Shown here one piece after another: positions 46,062 to 56,348 of a DNA stretch of 64,000 nt (positions are counted from its first letter, which is position 1; the number at the start of each line of letters is the position of its first letter). Position numbers and translations under genes: made by a program. The stretch lies in the NCBI RefSeq assembly GCF_058153355.1, contig NZ_JBLWLY010000002.1, one strand, 5' to 3'. Below the pieces are notes generated by a model that was given only the letters and a program-made list of their open reading frames with translations, had not been told where the DNA came from and made no database searches. This DNA is from a plasmid.

Positions 46062-46451
46062 GTGCTGGATACAGACGTGCCGGACAGTGAATGCGTTTTT
46101 GCCGTGGTGCTGACCCGTGGGGATGTGCGTCACATAGCCCAGGACTGGAGTCTGACAGACGATGAGCTGGAAACCGTCATGCAGCGGCTGGACGATGCCT
46201 TTGAGCATGGTGCGGATGTCAGCGTTGTTCACGACGTTGTTCGTGAACTGATGGAAGAAAAGCGCGCCAGTCGTCATGTGACAGTCCCGGCGGTGATGCT
46301 GGAAAAAGTGATGGCGCTGGCAGGCAGTGAAATGAAGCGCCTGTATGCCGTCGGGAGTGAGAACGGGGGCGACAGTGACGCATTCGTCAGGGAGGAACGC
46401 GAAGCAATGGACGTTGTGTTACAGGCGCTGGACGGGGAGACGATGTCATGA
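46062..46451 (+). CDS. hypothetical leading-region protein
   Basis: 129-aa ORF. Confidence 0.5.
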   Translation: MLDTDVPDSECVFAVVLTRGDVRHIAQDWSLTDDELETVMQRLDDAFEHGADVSVVHDVVRELMEEKRASRHVTVPAVMLEKVMALAGSEMKRLYAVGSENGGDSDAFVREEREAMDVVLQALDGETMS

Positions 46452-46639
46452 ATATCAGCACAGAAACCTGCGAAATTCTGCGTAATTACAGGGCCGTGAT
46501 TAATGCGCGGCGTCGTGAAATGGGGCAGAAACCGCTCACCACCGCGCAGATTGTTGATGAAATCTGCGATTTTGTGGCGAATCAGCAGGCGGTTTTCCTC
46601 GGTGGTCACTACATCCTTCAGGGCAGCAGAAACAGGTGA
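46448..46639 (+). CDS. hypothetical small protein
   Basis: 63-aa ORF overlapping the upstream stop. Confidence 0.4.
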   Translation: MNISTETCEILRNYRAVINARRREMGQKPLTTAQIVDEICDFVANQQAVFLGGHYILQGSRNR

Positions 46640-46827
46640 TACAGGGGCAGGCGGTTGAGGCCGCCTGTCAGCCCGCGCGAAAACCCCTGGCAGGCTGGCG
46701 CCTGCCGGAAGGGAAGCGGGCCACGCTGGCGCGTCGCCCGTTACCCTTCCCGTCTGTGATGTGTCTGACTCAGGAGTGTTTCTTTCTTATGTTATGGAAC
46801 TGTTCCTGATGTTGTTGTTCCTTTATC

Positions 46828-47295
46828 TGCTGCTCTGATTCTGACTACTGCAGTGTTGTTCTGTCTGCCGGGCGCACCTTCGGCTCCCGGCTGCCTGGCG
46901 GCATCTGGTCGTCAGGCCCGACTCCGACAGGCAGCTGCTGGCGCACCTGCCAGTCTCCGCCGAACCCGCTGGCGCGGTTTCGGGCTGTCGCTACGGTCCG
47001 ATGCGTGAAAACCCCGGGCTTGCAGCGACCGTTCCGGTCGCGCCGCCTCTGTCGCGCCGTGGCCTGCGCTCCTGGCATCCCGGCAAAAGGCCGCCGGGAT
47101 GTAAGGCGCAACGCCGTTTCGCAAACCGCGCTTCACGTCGTTGCGGCGGGTCCCTGCCCGTTGTTGTGTCCGGTGCCATTCACCTGTTTAAGCCCCTTGC
47201 GGCGAAGGTTCTCAAACAGGTGATGGTGAATACCGGAGGGAACAAAAGGCCGGTCCCCGCAAAACGTCAAAACCGCGGCTCCCGAAACTCAACAG
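46828..47295 (+). repeat. leading-region repeat upstream of ssb (Frpo/ssi-like single-strand promoter candidate), copy 1
   Basis: GC-rich structured sequence repeated at 51998..52640; the ORFs predicted inside are identical between copies and look spurious. Confidence 0.55.
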
Positions 47296-47334
47296 ATGAT
47301 GGGGGCTGAAAACATCAACAGAAGGAGACACATC

Positions 47335-47874
47335 ATGGCAGTTCGTGGCATTAACAAGGTCATTCTCGTAGGACGCCTGGGTAAAGATCCGGAAGTCCGT
47401 TACATCCCCAACGGGGGCGCAGTGGCAAACCTGCAGGTGGCCACGTCAGAAAGCTGGCGTGACAAACAGACGGGGGAGATGCGGGAGCAGACAGAATGGC
47501 ATCGCGTGGTGCTGTTCGGCAAGCTCGCGGAAGTGGCAGGTGAATATCTGCGCAAGGGCGTGCAGGTCTACATCGAAGGCCAGCTTCGTACCCGTAGCTG
47601 GGAGGATAACGGTATCACCCGTTACGTCACCGAAATCCTTGTTAAAACCACGGGCACCATGCAGATGCTGGGACGTACCGCAGGTGCTCAGACTCAGCCG
47701 GAAGAGGGGCAACAGTTCAGCGGTCAGCCTCAGCCGGAACCACAGGCGGAGGCCGGTACGAAAAAAGGTGGCGCGAAAACGAAAGGCCGTGGACGTAAGG
47801 CCGCGCAGCCCGAGCCTCAGCCGCAACCGCCGGAGGGGGAGGATTACGGGTTTTCAGACGATATCCCGTTCTGA
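47335..47874 (+). CDS. ssb: plasmid single-stranded DNA-binding protein
   Basis: [23 protein letters not shown]..., Gly/Pro/Gln-rich tail and acidic C-terminus DDIPF. Confidence 0.9.
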   Translation: MAVRGINKVILVGRLGKDPEVRYIPNGGAVANLQVATSESWRDKQTGEMREQTEWHRVVLFGKLAEVAGEYLRKGVQVYIEGQLRTRSWEDNGITRYVTEILVKTTGTMQMLGRTAGAQTQPEEGQQFSGQPQPEPQAEAGTKKGGAKTKGRGRKAAQPEPQPQPPEGEDYGFSDDIPF

Positions 47875-47888
47875 ACGACTGACTGTGA

Positions 47889-48164
<276 letters not shown>

Positions 48165-48224
48165 GAGAGGTGCCGGACGGGAACGCGTCCGGCAGACATT
48201 AACTAAACCATAAAGGGAATAATC

Positions 48225-50183
48225 ATGTCAGTTACAGAGTTTAAGGTAAAAGCGGGGCGTAAATCCAGCCGTAAACCGTCAAAAGTGCAGGAGACTGCAC
48301 TGTCTGCCCTGCTGGCGCAGACGGAAGAAGTGAGCGTGTCGCTGGCCTCGCTGATTAAATCACCGCTGAATGTGCGCACGGTGCCGTATTCCGCAGAGTC
48401 CGTCAGCGAACTGGCGGAGTCCATTAAGGGCGTCGGCCTGTTGCAGAATCTGGTTGTTCATGCCCTGTCGGGTGAGCGTTACGGTGTCGCCGCAGGTGGT
48501 CGCCGACTGGCAGCACTCAACATGCTGGCAGAGCGCAACATCCTTCCGGCTGACTGGCCTGTACGTGTAAAGGTTATTCCGCAGGAACTGGCGACTGCCG
48601 CATCAATGACTGAAAACGGTCATCGTCGGGATATGCACCCTGCCGAACAGATTGCCGGATTCCGCGCAATGGCGCAGGAAGGCAAAACACCTGCACAAAT
48701 CGGTGATTTGCAGGGCTATTCACCCCGCCACGTTCAGCGAATGCTGAAACTGGCTGACCTTGCCCCGGTTATCCTCGATGCGCTGGCAGAAGACCGCATC
48801 ACCACCGAACACTGTCAGGCGCTGGCGCTGGAGAACGACACCGCGCGTCAGGTGCAGGTGTTTGAAGCCGCCTGTCAGTCGGGATGGGGAGGTAAACCGG
48901 AAGTACAGACCATTCGTCGTCTGGTGACCGAAAGTGAAGTGGCGGTGGTGGGGAACACTAAATTCCGCTTCGTGGGGGCTGATGCCTTCTCGCCAGATGA
49001 ACTGCGCACCGATTTGTTCAGCGACGACGAGGGTGGCTATGTGGACTGTGTTGCGCTCGATGCTGCCCTGCTGGAAAAACTCCAGGCTGTTGCTGAACAC
49101 CTTCGGGAAGCCGAAGGCTGGGAATGGTGCGCCGGACGCATGGAGCCTGTCGGTTTCTGCCGTGAGGATGCCGGAACATACCGCTGTCTGCCGGAGCCGG
49201 AAGCGGTGCTGACGGAGGCAGAAGAAGAACGCCTGAACGAACTGATGGCACGTTACGACGCGCTGGAAAACCAGTGTGAGGAATCTGACCTGCTGGCAGC
49301 AGAAATGAAGCTGATTGACTGCATGGCGAAGGTCAGGGCGTGGACGCCGGAGATGCGTGCCGGAAGTGGCGTGGTGGTGTCCTGGCGTTACGGTAATGTG
49401 TGTATCCAGCGTGGTGTGCAGTTACGCAGTGAGGATGATGCGGCTGACGACGCTGACCGCACAGAACAGGTGCAGGAAAAAGCGTCAGTGGAGGAAATCA
49501 GTCTGCCACTGCTGACGAAAATGTCTTCCGAACGCACGCTGGCAGTCCAGGCGGCACTGATGCAGCAACCGGACAAATCCCTGACACTGCTGGCATGGAC
49601 GCTCTGCCTGAATGTGTTTGGCAGCGGGGCGTACAGTAAACCAGCACAAATCAGCCTGGAATGTGAACATTATTCGCTGACCAGCGATGCGCCATCGGGG
49701 AAGGAAGGTGCCGCATTCATGGCGCTGATGGCAGAAAAAGCCCGTCTTGCTGCCCTGTTACCGGAGGGATGGGCACGGGACATGACGACATTCCTGTCAC
49801 TCAGTCAGGAGGTGCTGTTATCCCTGCTCAGTTTCTGCACCGCATGCAGCCTTAACGGTGTCCAGACCCGCGAGTGTGGTCACACGTCACGCAGTCCGCT
49901 TGACTCGCTGGAAACCGCTATCGGATTCCACATGCGCGACTGGTGGCAGCCGACAAAAGCAAACTTCTTCGGACACCTGAAAAAGCCGCAGATTATCGCA
50001 GCCCTGAATGAGGCAGGGCTGTCCGGTGCCGCACGGGACGCGGAGAAGATGAAGAAAGGTGATGCGGCTGAACATGCAGAGCACCATATGAAAGACAACC
50101 GCTGGGTTCCAGGCTGGATGTGTGCACCACATCCACAGACAGATGCCACTGAACGCACCGATAACCTGGCTGATGCCGCCTGA
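48225..50183 (+). CDS. ParB-like nuclease-domain protein of the leading region (652 aa)
   Basis: N-terminal ParB-like region (LLQNLVVHA...GGRRLAALN); size and position typical for F-like plasmids. Confidence 0.75.
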   Translation: MSVTEFKVKAGRKSSRKPSKVQETALSALLAQTEEVSVSLASLIKSPLNVRTVPYSAESVSELAESIKGVGLLQNLVVHALSGERYGVAAGGRRLAALNMLAERNILPADWPVRVKVIPQELATAASMTENGHRRDMHPAEQIAGFRAMAQEGKTPAQIGDLQGYSPRHVQRMLKLADLAPVILDALAEDRITTEHCQALALENDTARQVQVFEAACQSGWGGKPEVQTIRRLVTESEVAVVGNTKFRFVGADAFSPDELRTDLFSDDEGGYVDCVALDAALLEKLQAVAEHLREAEGWEWCAGRMEPVGFCREDAGTYRCLPEPEAVLTEAEEERLNELMARYDALENQCEESDLLAAEMKLIDCMAKVRAWTPEMRAGSGVVVSWRYGNVCIQRGVQLRSEDDAADDADRTEQVQEKASVEEISLPLLTKMSSERTLAVQAALMQQPDKSLTLLAWTLCLNVFGSGAYSKPAQISLECEHYSLTSDAPSGKEGAAFMALMAEKARLAALLPEGWARDMTTFLSLSQEVLLSLLSFCTACSLNGVQTRECGHTSRSPLDSLETAIGFHMRDWWQPTKANFFGHLKKPQIIAALNEAGLSGAARDAEKMKKGDAAEHAEHHMKDNRWVPGWMCAPHPQTDATERTDNLADAA

Positions 50184-50237
50184 TGAACAACCACACCGCC
50201 CCGCCGGAGACGGGGCGGCAGCAAGGGAGATACTGTG

Positions 50238-51290
50238 ATGAAAACTGAACTGACCCTGAATGTATTACAGACCATGAGTGCACAGGAATATGAAGATATC
50301 CGGGCTGCCGGAAGTGATGAACGCCGTGAGCTGACACACGCCGTGATGCGGGAACTGGATGCGCCGGACAACTGGACGATGAATGGCGAGTACGGCAGCG
50401 AGTTCGGCGGCTTTTTCCCCGTCCAGGTCCGTTTCACGCCTGCCCACGAACGTTTTCACCTGGCGTTATGTTCACCGGGCGATGTCTCTCAGGTCTGGGT
50501 GCTGGTTCTGGTGAATGCCGGTGGTGAGCCGTTTGCGGTGGTTCAGGTGCAGCGGCGGTTTGCACCGGAAGCTGTCAGCCATTCACTGGCACTGGTTCCC
50601 CTCAGCGCAGAGCAACAGGCCGCATGGCGGGCGCTGGCAGAGACGGAAAAACGCCGCCATCAGGGAAACTTGCTGGCGGAATATCCGTATGCGGGGGCGT
50701 TTTTCCGCTGTCTGAACGGAAGCCGCAGGATATCGCTGTCTGACCTGCGATTTTTCATGCCGTCCCTGACCGCAGAAGAACTGCACGGCAACCGTCTTCA
50801 GTGGCTGTATGCCATCGATGTGCTGATTGAAACACAGGGCGAGGTCTGCCTCCTTCCCCTTCCCGGTGATGCAGCAGAGCGGTTGTTTCCGTCGGTGCGG
50901 TTCCGTGTCAGGGAGCGCAGTCGCCACAAATCCGCACTGGTCATGCAGAAGTACAGCCGTCAGCAGGCACGGGAGGCAGAGCAGAAAGCCCGTGCGTACC
51001 AGGCACTGGTTGCTCAGGCTGAAATCGAACTGGCGTTCCATTCACCGGAAACAGTCGGAAGCTGGCATGCCCGCTGGAGTGACCGGGTGGCAGAGCATGA
51101 CCTGGAAACCCTGTTCTGGCAGTGGGGTGAGCGTTTTCCGTCACTGGCCGGGATGGAACGCTGGCAGTGGCAGGATATGCCATTCTGGCAGGTTATCGCG
51201 GAAGCCAGTCTGGCAGCAAGAGAGGTCGGTCACGCTGTCCGTGAGATGGAGCGGTGGATGGTGCCGAACAAACTCCGGGAGGCAGCGTAA
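50238..51290 (+). CDS. psiB: PsiB-PsiA in-frame fusion protein
   Basis: N-terminal about 119 aa PsiB-like ([13 protein letters not shown]...), remainder PsiA-like to the end. Confidence 0.7.
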
Positions 51291-51479
51291 TGCGGCAACA
51301 ATCACACAGATTACCCGTAAACAGCCTGAATGAGCGGGTTATTTTCAGGAAAAGTGAATGTGGTCAGCGTGCTGGTATATGGGCTATGATGTGCCCGGCG
51401 CTTGAGGCTTTCTGCCTCATGACGTGAAGGTGGTTTGTTACCGTGTTGTGTGGCAGAAGGACAAAAGCCCCGTAGTTAA

Positions 51480-51545
51480 TTTTCATTAACCCACGAGGCC
51501 CTGCATGCTTAGACAACATCAGGATAGCCTCTTACCGCGCTTTGC
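51480..51545 (-). ncRNA. sok: Sok antisense RNA (approximate)
   Basis: expected antisense partner upstream of hok and overlapping the mok start; bounds not determined. Confidence 0.35.
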
Positions 51546-51717
51546 GCAAGGAGAAGAAGGCCATGAAACTACCACGCAGCTCCCTTGTCTGGTGTGTGTT
51601 GATCGTGTGTCTCACACTGTTGATATTCACTTATCTGACACGAAAATCGCTGTGCGAGATTCGTTACAGAGACGGATACAGGGAGGTGGCGGCTTTCATG
51701 GCTTACGAATCCGGTAA
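51505..51717 (+). CDS. mok: Mok (modulator of hok translation)
   Basis: 70-aa ORF overlapping hok in another frame. Confidence 0.6.
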
Positions 51718-51721
51718 GTAG
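51563..51721 (+). CDS. hok: Hok host-killing toxin
   Basis: 52 aa [52 protein letters not shown]. Confidence 0.9.
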
Positions 51722-51997
51722 CAACCTGGAGGCGGGCGTAGGCCCGCCTTTTCAGGGCTGATGCTGGTCTGACTGCACTGAAGCGCCTTTATAAAGGGGC
51801 TGCTGGTTCGCCGGTGGCCCCTTTCTCCTTGCTGGCATTGTGCGGGCATGAACAACCAGGCTGCCAGGAAGGCCGTTTCCCTTCGGGAACGGGGAAGAAC
51901 GCGCGCCTGCGGCGCCCGTTCTTCTCCTCCGTCTTCTCTGTTTATGGCCAGTTGTCAGAAATGACATTACCTTTCCCGTGATTATTCTCTTTTTCTT

Positions 51998-52640
51998 CCT
52001 GCTCTGATTCTGACTACTGCAGTGTTGTCCTGTCTGCCGGGCGCACCTTCGGCTCCCGGCTGCCTGGCGGCATCCGGTCGTCAGGCCCGACTCCGACAGG
52101 CAGCTGCTGGCGCACCTGCCAGTCTCCGCCGAACCCGCTGGCGCGGTTTCGGGCTGTCGCTACGGTCCGATGCGTGAAAACCCCGGGCTTGCAGCGACCG
52201 TTCCGGTCGCGCCGCCTCTGTCGCGCCGTGGCCTGCGCTCCTGGCATCCCGGCAAAAGGCCGCCGGGATGTAAGGCGCAACGCCGTTTCGCAAACCGCGC
52301 TTCACGTCGTTGCGGCGGGTCCCTGCCCGTTGTTGTGTCCGGTGCCATTCACCTGTTTAAGCCCCTGTCGCCGGGGGCAAAGACAGCCACAACCTGCCGC
52401 ACTGACTGTCTAGGGTAAATGAACAGCCCACAAAATTTTTTACCCAAAACCCGGTAAAAAATTTTGCGTTCTGCCCCGGACAGGTGCGTCAGGCCGTGGC
52501 AGTGATGCCCCTTGCGGCGAAGGTTCTCAAACAGGTGATGGTGAATACCGGAGGGAACAAAAGGCCGGTCCCCGCAAAACGTCAAAACCGCGGCTCCCGA
52601 AACTCAACCGATGATGGGGGCTGAAAACCAGAGAGAGGAG
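51998..52640 (+). repeat. leading-region repeat, copy 2, with about 130-bp internal insertion
   Basis: same sequence as 46828..47295 plus an extra block (tgtcgccgggggcaaagacagcc...gtgatgcccc). Confidence 0.55.
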
Positions 52641-52648
52641 AAAGCAGG

Positions 52649-52936
52649 ATGAGTACCCGAAATATCCACGTTAACACCGCGTCGTACACGCTTCTTGTTG
52701 CCGGGAAGAAAAAAAACACCGGGGAAGAGTGGGACGTCCTGGAATTCAGCAGCCTGACTGAGCTGAAAAAATATCGCAAAAGCCACCCGGAAAAGATGGC
52801 CTTCAGCTATAGCTACGCGCTCAGCCGGGGTGTGGATACGCAGTTCCGCCATATCAACATTGCGGAAGCCGATCACTTCAAACAGTTCCTGCGTCAGATT
52901 AAGCGTGCCGGCCTCGATATCCGGGCGATCTGCTGA
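52649..52936 (+). CDS. hypothetical leading-region protein
   Basis: 95-aa ORF directly after the repeat. Confidence 0.5.
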   Translation: MSTRNIHVNTASYTLLVAGKKKNTGEEWDVLEFSSLTELKKYRKSHPEKMAFSYSYALSRGVDTQFRHINIAEADHFKQFLRQIKRAGLDIRAIC

Positions 52937-53055
52937 CCGGATGTGATGAATATCCCTCCTGATTATTGCAATCTTGTTAATGGAGATCAGGAGGGGATGA
53001 TATTAAGCGGAAAAATTTTTTATTAAATTTATTCTTTCATAAAGGAGTAGCTGTT

Positions 53056-53877
53056 ATGCGATTAGCTTCCCGTTTTGGTCGGTATAATTCCATCCGCCGT
53101 GAACGTCCTTTAACGGATGATGAATTAATGCAGTTCGTGCCTTCGGTATTTTCCGGTGATAAACATGAGTCCCGGAGTGAACGTTATACGTATATTCCAA
53201 CAATCAATATCATCAATAAGTTACGTGATGAAGGTTTCCAGCCATTCTTTGCCTGTCAGAGTCGGGTTCGTGATTTGGAACGTCGCGAATACAGTAAACA
53301 TATGTTACGTCTTCGCAGGGAAGGGCATATTAACGGGCAGGAAGATCCTGAAATTATCCTGCTTAATTCACATGATGGTTCATCCAGTTATCAGATGATC
53401 CCCGGAATTTTTCGTTTTGTCTGCACAAATGGCTTGGTGTGCGGAAATAATTTTGGCGAAATCCGCGTTCCACATAAAGGTGATATTGTCGGGCAGGTTA
53501 TCGAGGGAGCGTATGAAGTGCTCGGTGTCTTTGATAAGGTCACTGATAATATGGAGGCGATGAAAGAAATTCATCTTAACAGTGACGAGCAACATTTATT
53601 TGGCAGAGCTGCACTGATGGTCAGGTATGAAGATGAAAATAAAACGCCAGTGACACCTGAACAGATAATTACTCCCCGTCGTCGGGAAGATAAACAGAAC
53701 GATCTCTGGACAACCTGGCAGCGGGTTCAGGAGAATATGATAAAAGGTGGATTATCGGGGCGAAGTGCCTCCGGGAAAAATACCAGGACAAGAGCCATTA
53801 CAGGTATTGATGGTGATATAAGAATCAACAAGGCGTTATGGGTGATTGCCGAACAGTTCAGAAAGTGGAAGTCATGA
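53056..53877 (+). CDS. DUF932-family protein (leading region)
   Basis: 273-aa ORF; family assignment from memory. Confidence 0.55.
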   Translation: MRLASRFGRYNSIRRERPLTDDELMQFVPSVFSGDKHESRSERYTYIPTINIINKLRDEGFQPFFACQSRVRDLERREYSKHMLRLRREGHINGQEDPEIILLNSHDGSSSYQMIPGIFRFVCTNGLVCGNNFGEIRVPHKGDIVGQVIEGAYEVLGVFDKVTDNMEAMKEIHLNSDEQHLFGRAALMVRYEDENKTPVTPEQIITPRRREDKQNDLWTTWQRVQENMIKGGLSGRSASGKNTRTRAITGIDGDIRINKALWVIAEQFRKWKS

Positions 53878-54172
53878 TAATATAAGTAAAGCCCCGAAAA
53901 ATTTTCGGGGCTTTACTTATATTATCATTTTTCGGCATCTCTGTGTCGTCTGATATACCTCAATTTCATCAACCGGATTTCCGGTTGTCTGTAAATATTG
54001 TGCCCGCGAAAAATGGTCTGGCAGGAGGCTGCGCAGTTACCGGGTATATATAAGATGGGTTCCCGCTTCGCGGGGCTTCGGCCAGTCAGTATTGTCACTC
54101 ATATGATATTTTTGTGTGTGGCCTTCCATGCCGCTTTTGCGGCATAACCGGTATCTGACAATGTCTGTAAGA

Positions 54173-54682
54173 TTAATTGTTCTGCACGCTGTTAATTTCC
54201 GGAAGTGATTTCTTCGTGGCCGGAAGCCGGATACCTTTACTGCTTTTTATCCCGGTATAAATCCGGTAAACATCTGATGCGTAGGCAAGACGTCTCTGGT
54301 TCTGGCGTTCGGTTTTCCTGAATCCTGCATTGTATGCACCAACGGCCTCCCAGGTGACGCCCCATTTTTTAAATGCTATTGCCAGATAATAAGCACCGGT
54401 ATAAATGTTCATGCAGGGATCTGTTGTCAGATGTTCCGGCTTAATTCCGTAGCGGGCCAGTTCGTTAAAATGCTGGGAATCTACCTGCATCAGTCCGCTG
54501 CCATATCCCGTTACCGGATTAATACCGATGGCATTAACCCGGTAACGGGATTCTTTCCATGATATTGCTCTCAGTAAATCAGGATCTATTTTGTAATCCC
54601 GGCCTGCAAGATCAAAGCAATCAGTGGCTTGGCAGATCTCATTTATAAACATCAGGCAGATGGCTAACATCCATTTTTTCAT
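54173..54682 (-). CDS. lytic transglycosylase Orf169/gene X
   Basis: 169 aa from [15 protein letters not shown]-like motifs ([19 protein letters not shown]); the longer track ORF 54173..54820 would run across oriT. Confidence 0.8.
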   Translation of the reverse strand: MKKWMLAICLMFINEICQATDCFDLAGRDYKIDPDLLRAISWKESRYRVNAIGINPVTGYGSGLMQVDSQHFNELARYGIKPEHLTTDPCMNIYTGAYYLAIAFKKWGVTWEAVGAYNAGFRKTERQNQRRLAYASDVYRIYTGIKSSKGIRLPATKKSLPEINSVQNN

Positions 54683-54724
54683 TTTTCCACCTCTGGTGAC
54701 TTTATCCGTAAATAATTTAACCCA

Positions 54725-54815
54725 CTCCACAAAAAGGCTCAACAGGTTGGTGGTTCTCACCACCAAAAGCACCACACCCCACGCAAAAACAAGTTTTTTC
54801 TGATTTATCTTTAAT
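54725..54815. other. oriT with F-type nic sequence
   Basis: minus-strand sequence tttgcgtggggtgtggtgcttttggtggtgagaaccacc; predicted nick between 54773 and 54774. Confidence 0.75.
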
Positions 54816-55095
54816 ATCATTGAGTTGTATTTGTGGATTTATATTGTTTAAATCTGCTTTATTTAAAGCAGCGTCGTTAACGCAGCTACAGCAACGCGCC
54901 GACACCGCTTTGTAGGGGTGGTACTGACTATTTTTATAAAAAACATTATTTTATATTAGGGGGGCTGCTAGCGGCGCGGTGTGTTTTTTTATAGGATACC
55001 GTCAGGGGCGCTGCTAGCGGTGCGTCCCTGTTTGCACTATGAATTCTAGTGTTTCGAAATTAACTTTGTTTTATGTTTAAAAAAGGTAATATCTA

Positions 55096-55479
55096 ATGGC
55101 TAAGGTGAATCTGTATATCAGCAATGATGCTTATGAAAAAATAAACGCGATTATTGAAAAACGTCGACAGGAGGGGGCGAGAGAAAAAGATGTCAGTTTT
55201 TCAGCAACGGCTTCAATGCTTCTTGAACTGGGTCTTCGTGTATATGAGGCTCAGATGGAGCGCAAAGAGTCTGCATTTAATCAGGCCGAGTTTAATAAAC
55301 TACTTCTTGAATGCGTTGTAAAAACACAGTCATCAGTAGCGAAAATTTTGGGTATTGAGTCTCTCAGTCCTCATGTCTCAGGAAATCCAAAGTTTGAATA
55401 TGCCAATATGGTTGAAGATATCAGAGAGAAGGTGTCGGTTGAGATGGAAAGGTTCTTTCCAAAAAATGATGATGAATAA
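55096..55479 (+). CDS. traM: TraM
   Basis: 127 aa MAKVNLYISNDAYEKINAIIEKRRQEG... Confidence 0.9.
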   Translation: MAKVNLYISNDAYEKINAIIEKRRQEGAREKDVSFSATASMLLELGLRVYEAQMERKESAFNQAEFNKLLLECVVKTQSSVAKILGIESLSPHVSGNPKFEYANMVEDIREKVSVEMERFFPKNDDE

Positions 55480-55670
55480 AGGGAAATAAATTTTGACTTT
55501 GTTCAAATATCAGAGTTTTTAATGGTTCAAACTGATGACAATAATCAGAATAATTAGTATATTAATTACGTGGTTAATGCCACGTTAAAATTTGAACTTG
55601 AAAATCGCCGATGCAGGGAGCTTGTCCCTCCCTGCATCGACTGTCCATAGAATCCTTTGAGGAGGTTCCT

Positions 55671-56348
55671 ATGTGTGCGATGGATACTAGAGAAAGAGCA
55701 CTCATACGTCAATCAGGCCTGCCGGAAATTATTTTATCCGCAAAATATCCAGTCTGTGTCCGCACAGAGTCTACCGTTCCCGGTGACCGGATTATCGCCG
55801 TGAACAGTCTGGATGGTGCCCTGACCAATAATGAGCAGACCGCCTCCGGCGGTGTGGTGGTTGCCACCGTCAACAAAAAGCCCTTTACGTTCATTCTGGA
55901 AACAGAACGTGGTCTGAACCTTTCCATTCAGGCCGTTCCCCGTGAAGGCGCGGGGCGTACCATTCAGCTGGTCAGTGACCTGCGCGGAACCGGAGAAGAA
56001 GCCGGTGCGTGGGAAACGTCCACGCCTTACGAATCCCTGCTTGTGACCATCAGCCAGGCCGTCCGTGGCGGAAAATTACCCGCAGGCTGGTATCAGGTCC
56101 CGGTGACAAAGGAAACCCTGCAGGCCCCGGCGGGGCTGTCTTCAGTGGCAGATGCCGTATGGACGGGGAATCATCTGAAGATGGTCCGCTTTGCCGTGGA
56201 AAATAAAACGCTGTCTGCCCTGAATATCCGGGAAAGTGACTTCTGGCAGCCGGGAACCCGTGCCGTGATGTTCAGCCAGCCTGCCAGCCAGTTACTGGCA
56301 GGTGCGCGCATGGATGTGTATGTCACCCGTGACGGGGAGGGCAACTGA
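55671..56348 (+). pseudogene. traJ'-'traK fusion left by deletion of traJ through traE
   Basis: ATG at 55671 with RBS gaggagg; first about 36 codons TraJ-like, then TraK-like sequence from [13 protein letters not shown] to the end. Confidence 0.65.

Noticed and set aside
46845-47309. ORFs 46845..47111, 46912..47136, 46991..47179, 47001..47309 and their twins at 52014..52418
   Set aside because: They lie inside the duplicated GC-rich leading-region repeat, overlap each other on both strands, and have Arg/Pro/Ala-rich low-complexity products; more likely structured non-coding DNA.
54683-54820. N-terminal extension of ORF 54173..54820
   Set aside because: The extension would run through the oriT nic region; the Orf169-like protein starts at the internal MKKW with a hydrophobic signal-like segment, giving the expected 169 aa.
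55590-55668. FinP antisense RNA opposite the traJ leader
   Set aside because: A hairpin (gatgcagggag...ctccctgcatc) is present where FinP would be expected, but with traJ largely deleted I could not define the RNA ends, so it is not listed as a feature.
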